Positions 12,281-24,660 of a DNA stretch of 64,000 nucleotides are shown here, piece after piece. The notes below the pieces were generated by a model. It saw only the letters and a program-made list of their open reading frames with translations, had not been told where the DNA came from and did not search any database. Location of the stretch: assembly GCA_951406725.2 (NCBI GenBank), contig OX597817.1, forward strand, positions 16,678,001 through 16,742,000, given 5' to 3'. The stretch comes from Octopus vulgaris. Its lineage: Eukaryota. The position numbers and the translations under genes were made by a program. Position 1 is the first letter of the stretch; each line of letters opens with the position of its first letter.

Positions 12281-12829
12281 TCTACCACTCTATGTCACGC
12301 TGGTGAGACCCATATTGGAGTACGGGATTCAAGCCTCTTCTCCTTATCTCCCCAAAGACATACAGCATCTCGAAAGAGTCCAGAAGCTGGCTACCCGCAT
12401 GGTTCATGGTCTCAAAAATTTGTCTTATGAAGAAAGGCTGAGGACGCTCGACCTTTATTCTCTAGAAAAACGCCGCCGCTGTGGTGATCTCATTCTCGCC
12501 CACAACATCATAAGCGGAAAGTGTAACCTCTCGAAAGAGGTGTTCTTCACTCCTGCTCCAGAGCGTTGACTGCGGGGTCATTCCGAAAAGCTCTACCTGC
12601 GGCGATTTCATCTCAATCGAAGGACAGGAGCTTTCTCCGTCCGGGTTGCGGATCCGTGGAACAAGCTGCCAGACGAGATGGTGAAGATGCCGACGACCGC
12701 TTTGTTCAAAGTCTCCCTTAACCTCAAGTGGCCTGAACTCTTTACATGAACACCACCCTGTACTTAACTCCATGTCCCCCTACATGGCCTTGCTATTTGC
12801 TTTTGGGCCAAATTAACTAACTAACTAAC
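12281..12829 (+). mobile_element. 5'-truncated CR1-type LINE (ORF2 C-terminus, 3' UTR, (TAAC)n tail)
   Basis: LYVTLVRPILEY...LERVQKLATRMV..LSYEERL..L.LYSLEKRR..GDLI; after one in-frame stop LRGHSEKL...FSVRVADPWNKLP. Confidence 0.9.
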
Positions 12830-12900
12830 ATGTCTCATGCAGCCCGCTTCTTGAAAAAAGTTGTCAATGCCAGCTTTATCGTGATTGACTACATCACTAG

Positions 12901-13226
12901 CGAAGGCGCGTGGCTTAGTGGTTAGGGTATTCGGCTCATGATCGTAAGGTTGTGAGTTCGATTCTCGGCGACGCGTTGTGTCCTTGAGCAAGACACTTTA
13001 TTTCACGTTGCTCCCGTCCACTCAGCTGGCAAAAATGAGTAGTACCTGTATTTCAAAGGGTCGGCCTTGTCACACTCTGTGTCACACTGAGTCTCCCTGA
13101 GAACTATGTCAGTGGTACATGTGTCTGTGGAGTACTCAGTCACTTGCACGTTAATCTCACGAGCAGGCTGTTCCGTTGATCGCATCAGCTGGGACCCTCG
13201 ACGTCGTAACCGACGGAGTGCTCCCA
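12901..13226 (+). mobile_element. tRNA-derived SINE, family D
   Basis: GAAGGCGCGTGGCTTAGTGGTTAGG head, CCTTGAGCAAGACAC core, 3' half shared with family C. Confidence 0.88.
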
Positions 13227-13827
13227 CATCACTACATAATATCAATTTATACCTAGGTGGATTGGGCCACACAATGTAAATTGTCTTGGCCTTTGACATA
13301 GACAAAATATGGCACCGGTGATGGTGTACGAATTTGTCAGCTGTATCATCCTGAAAATTCTAACTGCGACTTATCATCACGTTTGTGTGACAAGAAACAA
13401 AACAAATAAAAAAAATATCAGAATTCGATGAGCCAATGTCAAAAGCTCTACGGCCTTTAATCGATTAGAAATTCTGAAATAGCAAAAACACAGCAATGTT
13501 TTTTTATCGTATTTGATCTACGCATTCTTTCCATCAATGTGTGTGAAAGTGTGGATGCACAAATGTGTGTGTATGTGTGTGTGTGTTGCGTGTGTGTATA
13601 TGTGTTGTGTGTGTGTATGTGTGAGCGCACGTGCGAGTGTGTCCTCGTGTTTGCGTGACCTTAACAATACTAACTTTAAATGTCCTTATAACACTAAATA
13701 AACCTTGCGCTTTTCTTTACAATATTGATTTCGGAACTTTTTTTGTTATATATGTAACTAAAAAAAAAAAGGACAACTAAAAATAGCGAGGCAAAATAAT
13801 TAACCTTCAGAGAAATTTGCTCAGCAC

Positions 13828-14024
<197 letters not shown>

Positions 14025-14033
14025 ACGGATGAG

Positions 14034-14428
14034 GGCGGCGAGCTGGCAGAAACGTTAGCAGTATTTTGTCTGCCGTTACGTTCTGAGTTCAAATTCCGCC
14101 GAGGTCGACTTTGCCTCTCATCATTTCGTGGTCGATGAATTAATTACCAGTTACGCACTGGGATCGATTTAATCGACCTAATCCGTTTGTCTGTCCTTGT
14201 TTGTCCTCTCTGTGTTTAGCCCCTTGTGGGTAGTAAAGAAATAGGTATTTCGTCTGCCGTTACGTTCTGAGTTCAAATTCTGCCGAGGTCGACTTTGCCT
14301 TTCATCCTTTCGGAGTCGATAAATTAAGTATCAGTTGTGTACTGGGGTCGATGTAATCGACTTAATCCGTCTGTCTGTCTGTCCTTGTTTGTCCCCTCTG
14401 TGTTTAGCCCCTTGTGGGTAGTAAAGAA
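14034..14428 (+). mobile_element. SINE family A with tandemly duplicated body
   Basis: GGCGGCGAGCTGGCAGAAACGTTAGCA head then two copies of the GTATTT.GTCTGCCG...GTAAAGAAATA body. Confidence 0.85.
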
Positions 14429-15631
14429 ATATGTATGTATGTACGTATGTATGTATGTATATATATATATATATATAGAGAGAGAGATGTGTGTATGTGT
14501 GTGTATTTACTCGCACACACACTTACACATCCACGTGTGTGTGTGTGTGTTTAGATAGATCGGTGGCGATCTGGCAGAATCATTAGAACGTTGGAATGGA
14601 TATTATGCAGCCTTTATTCCACTCCAAGTTCAATTCCAATCGGTATCCACTTTGCCCCTCCATTCCTTTGGTGGGGTCGATAAATAAAGTACTAATAAAG
14701 TGCTTAGATCTTTCCACACACACATACTCTCTCTCTCTCTCTCTGAATTAGTCACACTAAAGAGGCCAAGACGGAGTATTCCCATTGTGGCCCCACCAGC
14801 ATTATGTGAACTCGCTAAGCAAAAAGACTAATTTTCTCTGATTCAATAATTTACGAACTATTTTAAGAATTGAACAGTTGAAACGTGAATTATATCACTA
14901 ATTTTGGGACGGAAACATAAATAATAGGTCCTCTGACGTGACTAGAACCACCTACTTATCGCTTTTTGGGTAAACGCACTTCTTTATCATATTAAGCACT
15001 ACTCTATCTTAACTAACACCTTTGCCACCACAAGTAACTCACTTATTTTACAGATAATTCGTCTGCTATTTGCTTCAGTTAACCTTAAGGATATAAATTA
15101 CAATGCAATAGTACATTTTTACTTAGCTATTTTTTTTGTTAAGGGAAGTAGCTTAAATAGATGAAAATAAAACAGTTGGTAGTTATGGTAGTAGTGAATG
15201 GAAAAGAATAGCGAGTTGGAGAGAGAAAAGCAGAGGATTAATGGAATTAACGGGAAAATAAAGAGAAAAAAATCAGAAAAAAGTACAAAGAGAAAGAGAG
15301 AGAATTGTACGAAATGAAAAGACTGTGTAAGAAAGCAAGTAAAAGAAAGAGGAGAAAAAAGAAAGTTAAGTACAAGGGGAGTGGGGAGAGAAGGAAGAAT
15401 ATGGAGAGGGAGCAGAGTTTGTGACGTCACTGTGTCCTTAGTAATCTCATTCGCTCATTTCTCCCTCTCTCTACGTTTTTGTTTAAAGGGATTTTTACGT
15501 GTATCTGAGTACATAAAATAATGGTACGATCTGTTGGAAGTATTAGTTTGTTACACGAACGGGAAAATGCTATGATTTTCTACATATCCGTATCTATGAC
15601 AGTAAGTGTTTACGTATGCAAAAACACACTC

Positions 15632-15662
<31 letters not shown>

Positions 15663-15720
15663 TGTATGTATGTATGTATGTATGTATGTATGTATGTATG
15701 TATGTATGTATGTATGTATG
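15632..15720. repeat. (TATG)n microsatellite
   Basis: Direct reading; supplies the spurious N-terminus of ORF 15606-16649. Confidence 0.95.
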
Positions 15721-15726
15721 TACGTA

Positions 15727-16702
15727 GGAAAGCAAGTGTTGCTTTCGGAAGGCTAGAAAAGAGCCTCTGGAGTCGGCGAGACATATGCAGAAAGAAAAAG
15801 ATAAAAGTGTGCAAGACATGTGTGCTCCCTTCTCTTCTCTATACCTGCGAGACGTGGGTCACATATCGATACCACCTTAAACACTTGGAACGTTTCCATC
15901 AGATGTGTCTCAGACGGATCTATGGCATTAAGTGGAAGGACCGCATCAGTGATCTTGAAATATTGGAAGGCTCTCGGTGTGAAAGTATAGAAGCTCTTGT
16001 GTTAAAGCAAAGACTCAGATGGAGTGGTCCTCTGGTCAGAATGTATGATTCAAGGATGCCAAAACAACTCTTTTATGGAGAGTTAGCTAAAGGAGAACGA
16101 CCTCCACATAAACCAAAAAAGAGGTATAAGAACTTGCTGAAGGCTTCCTTAAGAGATGCTTGCATCTCTCCTGACACATGGGAAGGCATAGCTATTGATC
16201 GTAGCAGGTGGAGAAGGATTGTGCACGAGGGGACAGTCACTTTTGAGAAATCCCGAGTTGCATATGAGAAAGTAAGGAGGGATGTCAGGAAGGGCATCTC
16301 TGTTACTCTTCCAGATGGGAAGGGTCTTCCTATGATGCTGATATGCAGTGTCTGTGCAAGACCCTGCCTCAGTAAAGCTGGACTCAAGAGTCATCTTCGT
16401 AGTCATAAAGCGAGACAGATGAGTGACAACCTGCCCACCGGTGGTGGTGTAACACACCATACTAATATCTGTCGGGCATGCGGAAGAGAGTGTAATTCAG
16501 CAGGAGGACTTAAACGACATGCAAAGGTACATGAAGCCCAGTTACAACTACAGCCAGCTATTACCGGTAAAGGTTTTAGCTGCCAATTCTGTACAAGACA
16601 TTGTAGATCTTTAGCTGGGCTAAAAAGTCACATTCGATCACAGCACTAATAACAGTTAAGCTTCGTGCAATGGCCATACTCGATAACGAGGGGGCAGCCA
16701 TA
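15727..16702 (+). mobile_element. 5'-truncated RTE-clade LINE with open ORF2 C-terminus and three C2H2-like zinc fingers
   Basis: KASVAFGRL..LLYTCETW..LERFHQMCLRRI..RLRWSG.LVRM..RMPKQLFYGEL; three CxxC...HxxxH motifs; candidate TSD ATGTACGTA (15718-15726, 16703-16711). Confidence 0.9.
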
Positions 16703-16759
16703 ATGTACGTACGTACGTACGTATGTATGCATGCATGCATGCATACATGTATGTGTGTT

Positions 16760-16813
<54 letters not shown>

Positions 16814-17457
16814 TGTGTATCCTTATGAAAAGAAGAGTTCGTTTGTTTTTACGTTGACCGCTGAAAACACAAAACTAAATTGATAATATTTCAGGTTTTT
16901 CGTGTCATTTGAATTAATTTGACTATTCCGCAGATAACTGTGCACTTATTTTCCGAAAGCGGAATAGGCGGGCCGGGTTGGTGGTGAATTAGTCCCTATT
17001 TCTAGCAATCTATATACTGTCTATTTCACCGTAATGCTTTTTGCAGAGTGGAAAAATACTCTACCTATCACTCAATTTACCGATTGCGTCCTGTCTCTTC
17101 TGTTTTGCGCTCTTTTACACAGCAGCTTTTGGCTGAACACGAAAGCAGGCAGAGTTTTCTGCCTGCCTATCTCCAGTGGCTATGCGCCCGCACTAACGTA
17201 AGATGGTAGCTGAGAGCAGCACTTCACCTTTCCTGGAAATAAACCAGTTGTAAATAGCATTTATGCTTGAAGTCTTTTCTCTTCGCCTGCAAAAAGCCTG
17301 AACTACATAAAGAACAAGAAAAAGTGATGGAAGAAGATGATGTTCCTCCGATATCATAAACCATGCCTTCCATTCCTAAAAATCCAATACTCCGATGACT
17401 ACAGGGACAACTCTTATGTTCGACTCTCGTAGCTGTCATATTTTGGTGATCTCAATA

Positions 17458-17805
<348 letters not shown>

Positions 17806-17889
17806 AGACCTTCTTCCTACACATTCTGCAGAGGTTCATTACACTTGTGTGGTATATATCCCTTTTCACTGAGTTAGTGTTCAATGCCT

Positions 17890-18540
17890 GATCTTAGGCA
17901 GCGAGGATTAGTCTTTCAGTCTTCTTTTTTCTTTTGTAGGTCACCCTCACTGAGCCACCTCCATGATGCTTCCTGACCTTTTAATTTGTTTGTTTCATGG
18001 TGGAACTGACCATGTAATTCCACGCGGAGAAAAGTTTCTTCTCTCTCGTTGGCCATTCGTGATTGGAATTCATTAGCACTCTCAACTCCATTGTTGGTAA
18101 ATCCTTCTGTAGCAGGTCTTGTTTGATATTTACCAAAATATTCTGCCACGTTTCTTCTTTCACTGTTGATGCACTCCTGTACGCTAATCGGCCCACGTCC
18201 ATCTATACACCTCTTCATATAGAGCCCGTGTACGTTCGCCTTAGGGTGGAGGGCACCATGCATTGTCATTGTCTTTCAGGTAGTGCGATCAAGTTGGTTG
18301 ATCTCCGCTCGTATCCAATTCAAGATGGACAGCCCATATGTTGATGGCAGTTACAAGGTTCCTTGAGTTGAGTTTTGACTTCAGAAGTTTGAGGCGCTTC
18401 TAATATGCAGTGGTGACCTTGTCTTTCATTTCTCTATGCATGATATTGTCCAGCTCCAGGATCCCAAGGTACTTGCACCCATCATCATCCAGGTCTTCCA
18501 TTCAATCTCCGTTTACCGATTCTATGCTCCTACAATCCGA
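17890..18540 (-). pseudogene. R4/Dong-like (RLE-type) non-LTR retrotransposon fragment, post-RT region
   Basis: KYLGILELDNIMH..MKDKV, MHGALHPKANVHGLYMKR..GRG, LHGQF...SWRWL..GDL motifs with stops and frameshifts. Confidence 0.8.
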
Positions 18541-19085
18541 TCTCTTCTTCTTCTTCTTCTTCTTCTTCTTCTTCTTCTTCTTCTTCTTCTTCTTCTTCTT
18601 CTTCTTCTTCTTCTTCTTCTTCTTCTTCTTCTTCTTCTTCTTCTTCTTCTTCTTCTTCTTCTTCTTCTTCTTCTTCTTCTTCTTCTTCTTCTTCTTCTTC
18701 TTCTTCTTCTTCTTCTTCTTCTTCTTCTTCTTCTTCTTCTTCTTCTTCTTCTTCGTCTTCTTCTTCTTCTTCTTCTTCTTCTTCTTCTTCTTCTTCTTCT
18801 CCTCCTCCTCTTCCTTCTTCTTCCTCTTCTTCTTCTTCTTCTCCTTCCTCCTCCTCCTTCTTCTTCTTCTTCTTCTTCTTCTTCTTCTTCTTCTTCTTCT
18901 TCTTCTTCTTCTTCTTCTCCTCCTCCTCCTCCTTCTTCTTCTTCTTCTTCTTCTTCTTCTCCTCCTCCTTCTTCTCCTCCTCCTCCTCCTCCTTCTTCTT
19001 CTTCTTCTTCTTCTTCTTCTTCTTCTTCTTCTTCTTCTTCTTCTTCTTCTTCTTCTTCTTCTTCTTCTTCTTCTTCTTCTTCTTC
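18541..19085. repeat. About 545-bp (TTC)n/(TCC)n polypyrimidine tract
   Basis: Direct reading. Confidence 0.97.
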
Positions 19086-19340
19086 ATGCGTGTCTGCGTG
19101 TGTCTCTCTGTGTGTACATACATTACCTTCGTTGCACAGCTGCATCACAGTCTCACTAGGTTGGTGGACACAACTGTTACACATCAGTCTTTCACTCACA
19201 CAGAACATCATCGCTCAGTACATTTTCTGTTCACGTCTTTCCTGCAGCAGAGTTAATAGTTTCAATAGCTTAGATTAACGGCATCAAACTCACTGATCAA
19301 GGACACTGCCTCTTTCTCTAGGTCCAGCAAGTAATACATG

Positions 19341-19415
<75 letters not shown>

Positions 19416-19456
19416 CACATGCGCACACATACGACAGTACATGAATACAAATTCAT

Positions 19457-19815
19457 AGGCGCAGGCATGGCTCTGTAGTTAAGAAACTCGCTTTGCAACC
19501 ATGTAGTTTCAGGTTCAGTCCCACGGCGCAGCATCTAGGGTAACTGTGCTAGGTCCATAATGCCTTGTGAGTGAATTTGGTCGAAAGAAACTGTGTGGAA
19601 GCCCACCGTAAATATATATGTATGTGTGTTTATACTTCCACCACCGCTTGACAACCTGTGTTTGTTTGTTTACGTCCCTGTAAATTAACGGTTCGGCAAA
19701 AATGACGACTTGAATTAGTACTAAACCTAAATATAAGTGCTAGGTCCATTTGTTTGACTAAACTCTTTAAGATGGTACCCCAAGATAACCGCAGTCCAAG
19801 AAAGTGAAAGAGAAA
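19457..19815 (+). mobile_element. SINE family B, diverged copy
   Basis: AGGCGCAGGCATGGCTCTGTAGTTAAG head and family B body. Confidence 0.75.
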
Positions 19816-20630
19816 GGAAAAGACATATATACATAGTTGCATACTCACTCACTCACTCCCCCTATCTATCTTTCTCTCTCTTTCACTCTCTCTCCTCTTC
19901 CAATCAGTTTTAGCAAATTGTAATCTCCAATTGCAGCAGTTACCAAAATTATTTTGTCACTTAGAAACCAAAGCCAGATTTAAAACAGTTTCCATTAATC
20001 ATTCTGGATAATGCTGTTAAATCACTCAGTCGCTTTTTGTTTCTGGTTTTATAGCTGTTTCACGTCCCTCATGCAAACTTGACGAACATTACACAATCCA
20101 CATTCCCCGCACCGAACAAAATGTGTGACCTTGTGTTTAATAAGAAATCAATACTTTTATGTGCAAAGAGCGCTGTAGTTTAGAAATAAACTTCCGGTTA
20201 TTCTCTTTCCCTTAATAAATCCATTGCCTTGAGCTTTTGTAATCTTTCTATCTCACTCTTCTCGCCGCCCGCTCCGCCGCGCCGTATCTTCTCACAGAGG
20301 AATTGTCTATAAGAAGTTATCTCTAACGGTAAACGAATTCCTACAGAAAAATATTATAGAATACTTTGAAACAAGGGTGGCATATAGATAACAATTTTTC
20401 TTTTCTTCTTTCGCTAGTTTCAGTCACTAGACTTGCGCTCATGCTGGGGCAATATGTTCAAGAATGTTCATCCATTATATCAATCCCAATAATTTATCTG
20501 GTACCTATTTTATATCGAACCCAGAAAAAGACGAATGGTGATACCAGTTTGGGTGCAATGGATCAAACTCCTGAGACGCTAGATTTATCACAAGGTTTAT
20601 CACATCGATTTTAGCCATCCTACTCTAATG

Positions 20631-20661
<31 letters not shown>

Positions 20662-20874
20662 ACATACATACGTACATACATACGTACATACATACATACA
20701 TACATACATACATACATACATACATACATACATACATACATACATACATGCACGCGCATCCTAATAATACTAAAACTATTTTCGATAAAGAATTCGAAAT
20801 ACCTGTTACGTGCAGGGCGTGCAAGAAATAGCGGTCAAATTTTTCCTTTTCTGGGGAAAGGAGCCGTTTACGTA

Positions 20875-21017
20875 TGATTTCGATGTCATTCGTTGAAAGC
20901 ATGCGGATTATACTCGAGGATTTACGGTAATTATCTACAACGTGTGATTTCGATGTCATTCGTTGAAAGCATGCGGATTATACTCGAGGATTTACGGTAA
21001 TTATCTACAACGTGTGA
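20875..21017. repeat. 70-bp tandem duplication containing a pogo-like TIR end
   Basis: Two exact copies of TGATTTCGATG...TACTCGAGGATTTACGGTA...CAACGTG. Confidence 0.9.
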
Positions 21018-21845
21018 GAGAGAGTTTATGATGCGCCGCATCTAACCGGCAATCCCTTTTCTACGAACTAGTGTGTCTACAGTTCGTCTCTTACGAGCTC
21101 ACGGGCAGTACCCCACAAAACAATACTACGTTGATAGAATTACCTGATAACAACCGCATAATTTTCTCAGAGTTGATTTATCCTTTTATTCTTCGTTGTC
21201 GAAAAATATAACTATCTGTAATACAAGCCGGTCAAATACACCGATTATTCCCCTTGTTACTAAACTGACACGTCCTCGACACATCACAAAGAGACGAAAT
21301 TTTGGGTAGTGATCCATTAACCCTTTAAGTGATAAGCGAGGTTTTAATTTCAATTTTGTTTTCACTAAAATTTCGACGTTTTCAGAAGCATAAAGCGAAT
21401 TTTGTAAAAGGACAGACAGAATCGATTGACATCAGACGCTCATAATATAATTAATTTGATCGATCTCGAGTTATGAAAGGTAAATTTGCTGAAATATAAT
21501 AATATTATCAATACCAAATATCAGAAAGCAGACAATTTGAGATTATCGCCTTCATTAAGTCATATTTTGTTTTTACGTAAAACAAGCTGTTAGAAGTGAA
21601 GAAATAACAACAAAAATTGGCCGTAACAATATTTCGTTTTCGCTATTATGGTTTATTTGAAGTTTCCCAAACACACAAGGGCATTGTAAAATTATGAATA
21701 AACAAATTAAAATTCTATGTAGTAAATTTGCTTTATACATACACACACACCTACATACATACATACATACATACATACATACATACATACATACATACAT
21801 ACATACATACATACATACATACATACATACATACATACATACATG

Positions 21846-22050
21846 TGACCGCGTGTGTATCGTTGGCGATATTTTCCCCTCCGTCTTTCCTTCCTTGGAT
21901 CTTTCCTTTTTCTATGTTTCTGACGAAGAGCTCCGCTCGAAACGTTATATCCTCTTTCTTTCTTTCCTTTCCTGAGCGTCCAATAACACTATACTTGTTC
22001 CACGTCCTCGCGTCGTTGTTTTCTCTTTGTGTTTTCATGTTTGGATTAAC

Positions 22051-22053
<3 letters not shown>
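21846..22053 (+). mobile_element. Short repeat embedded in (TACA)n carrying a hammerhead-like motif (Penelope-like pseudo-LTR or retrozyme-like)
   Basis: Homologous to 27345-27541 (minus); contains CTGACGA-A-GAGC-TCC-GCTC-GAAAC-GTT. Confidence 0.65.
21916..21950 (+). ncRNA. Minimal type I hammerhead-ribozyme-like motif
   Basis: CUGACGA core, 4-bp stem II GAGC/GCUC, GAAAC-GUU; stem I imperfect in this copy. Confidence 0.55.
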
Positions 22054-22082
<29 letters not shown>

Positions 22083-22145
22083 CATACATACATACATACA
22101 TACATACATACATACATACATACATACATACATACATACATGCAT

Positions 22146-23010
22146 ATCGGATTACTATCTCCCACTTTGAAGGGTATGTGTTTGCAATTCAGGAACATGA
22201 AGTATCATCCAAGTACCCGAGGCACAAAAAGGACAGAGATGTAGGAAAAGCAGTAAAATGTGATAACCGATGCAGACTTTGTGGAGTTAACACTGAATAT
22301 ATCACCTAGCTAGGACACTCCATAATGAAATCTGTCGGAAAGATAACCCCGAGGACAAAGAAAAAAGAAATAAGAACCCACAGTATGGTAGAAGCCATAG
22401 CCACTCATAATAAAAAGGGAGTACTGGCGCAATGTCCCAGTGAAGACCTTAATAAACTGTAAGCACAACAGACCTGATATAATGATTTGGGATAGGGAAC
22501 AGAAACTGTGCACAGTTGTGGAAATTGGCTGCCCAGTGGATGTTAACATAAAGCTGAAGATCAGTGAATAAGAGAATACCTACGCTGAACTATTGAGAAA
22601 TTTGCAGTTACTCTATTCAGATAACAAGTTCAGGTTTATACCTGTAATTATTGGGACCCTGGGATATGTAACACACTGCCTAAATACCAAACTTGAGAAA
22701 TTAGGCTTCTCAAAACCAGAAAGGAGAAAGTTAATTCGGAGATTACAGATCGAATCCATCACTGGAACTGTAAAAATCTATAAAACTTTCCAGAAGTTTA
22801 TCATTTAAATATATATGAGCATATTTAGATATGCAACTATATGCATGAGAATACATACATAAAGCAAAACATACAAATCTGCACATATACCTACCTACCT
22901 ACATACAAAAATACCCTGTTGATGTTGAAATTCCAATGAAAGAGCCTTGAATCTAGGTTAGAAACCGACTCTTTCTCTATTGGCAAGAAATCTTGAAATA
23001 AAACTGAATA
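22146..23010 (+). mobile_element. 3' fragment of R4/Dong-like RLE non-LTR retrotransposon
   Basis: EGYVFAIQE..., zinc knuckle CRLC, endonuclease motif HNRPDIMIWD...VEIGCP, ...IPVIIGTLG; starts at a (TACA)n tract. Confidence 0.85.
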
Positions 23011-23067
23011 ATGGCATACATACATAACATACGTACGTGTGTGTATATTATATGTAATATTACATCT

Positions 23068-23397
23068 GAGACCCACTTCGGTCATGACATTGACCATAGG
23101 ATTGCACCAAGAAAATTACTACAAGGCCAGGAAAGTTTGTTTATGGAAGACCAGCAGTCGCCCATGCATACCGGCCTCCCCTCTCCACACCACCAGTGTT
23201 ATCCAAGGGAAAGGCAAGGGCCGATACAGCTTGGCACCCGTGACGTCGCAACTCATTTCTACAGCTGAGTGAACTGGAGCAACGTGAAATAAAGTGTCTT
23301 GCTCAAGAACACAACACTCAGCCCGGTCCGGGATTTGAGCTCACAACCTCACGATCGTAAGCTCGACACTCTAACCACTGAGCTATGCACCTTCACA
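23068..23397 (-). mobile_element. SINE family E
   Basis: Close match to 2452-2780. Confidence 0.85.
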
Positions 23398-23869
23398 TAA
23401 TATTACATATAATATATAATATTAACGTGAAGGCGTGTGGCTTAGTAGTTGGGATATTCGGCTCAGGATCGTGAGTTCAATTCCCGGCGACGCGTTGTAT
23501 CCTTGATCAAGTGATCTTAAACCTATATACTTCGATAATGCTATGGCGAATCTCATTTCTTGGTTAATAAAAGAATCTATGTGCGGATAAAGGCAAGTTC
23601 TAAATTCAGTTCTGTTGAACCAATATATGACCTTAACGCAGAATTATTGTCCAGCTGCATATAATTCGATTGATACAATTACAGCTAGGTGTAGAATTTG
23701 AATGAATTGTATGGGAAAGTTGTTTAATATTAAATTTTCATACGGAACTTTTATTTTATATGCATTGCAATGAAATTTCTATTACAGATTTTGTCGTATT
23801 TTTAGTTCGTTGAAAATCGAAAACTGATTAAACCAAGAAATTATTTAGCTATGTTTACAGTATACACAC

Positions 23870-24110
23870 AGACACTTTATTTCATGTTGCTCCAGTTCAC
23901 TCAGCTGTAGAAATGAGTTGCGACGTCACAGGTGCCAAGCTATATCGGCCCTTGCCTTTCCTTTGGACAACATCGGTGACGTGGAGAGGGGAGGCCGGTA
24001 TGCATGGGCGACTGCTGGTCTTCCATAAAACAACCTTGCCCAGACTTGTGCCTCAGAGGGTAACTCTCTATGTGCAAACCCATGGTCAGTGTCTGACCGA
24101 AGGGGGTCAC
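23870..24110 (+). mobile_element. SINE family E, 3' part (a SINE head at 23427-23510 may be its displaced 5' end)
   Basis: Reverse complement of the 2452-2700 body, ending ACCGAAGGGGGTC. Confidence 0.8.
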
Positions 24111-24199
24111 CAACACCACCACACGCATGTTGGTACAAAGTAATTTTCTGTTTTCAATTTTACCTTTTGTAACATTAGGTGCATGCTGAAATTATATTT

Positions 24200-24660
24200 T
24201 CTCCGAGAGTCCTATATTCTGGTGAGCTGCATTGTAATAGTGTGCAGCTCTGGTAAGTGTGCAACATCTGAAGATTATAATGATATACTCTTATTAATGT
24301 TAAGAATTAAATCTGAAAAGTGCTAGGTGGGTGATTAGCGTTATGAACTATATTGAATAATTTTTCATTAGCTTTAAGATAAAGGCCAAATTCGCTTGTT
24401 TTTAAATTCAAAATAATGTCTAAGAAATTACTATAGAAAGATTAATATCCATTGTGGTACATGAGACTATTTTACTTTTCAATTTTACTAGATTTCCCCT
24501 AAATGTATGTAGTTTTTGTTCACTCATATTTCGTGAGACAAACAGTCTATCGTCTCTATAAATTCCTTCTTTTACAGCAGAAAACCTTCTATACACAAGG
24601 ATTAGGATATAAATTGTACTCCACTTCTGTAATGGTTCAGCTTTCTTTAGTCCTGAAGCC
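24200..24660 (-). pseudogene. Decayed Penelope-like element reverse transcriptase
   Basis: GIYRDD, then across frameshifts NFLDIILNLKT...ANHPPS and AAHYYNA, in the order expected for a PLE RT (YRDD...NFLDV...SNHPP...AAPYY). Confidence 0.7.

Noticed and set aside
15421-15430. GTGACGTCAC CRE palindrome
   Set aside because: Single short motif with no supporting promoter evidence
17229-17287. Isolated minus-strand AG...GT segment
   Set aside because: No partner exons found; could be chance or transposon-derived
18410-19278. Poly-F/L/S/E/K/R ORFs
   Set aside because: Translations of the (TTC)n tract
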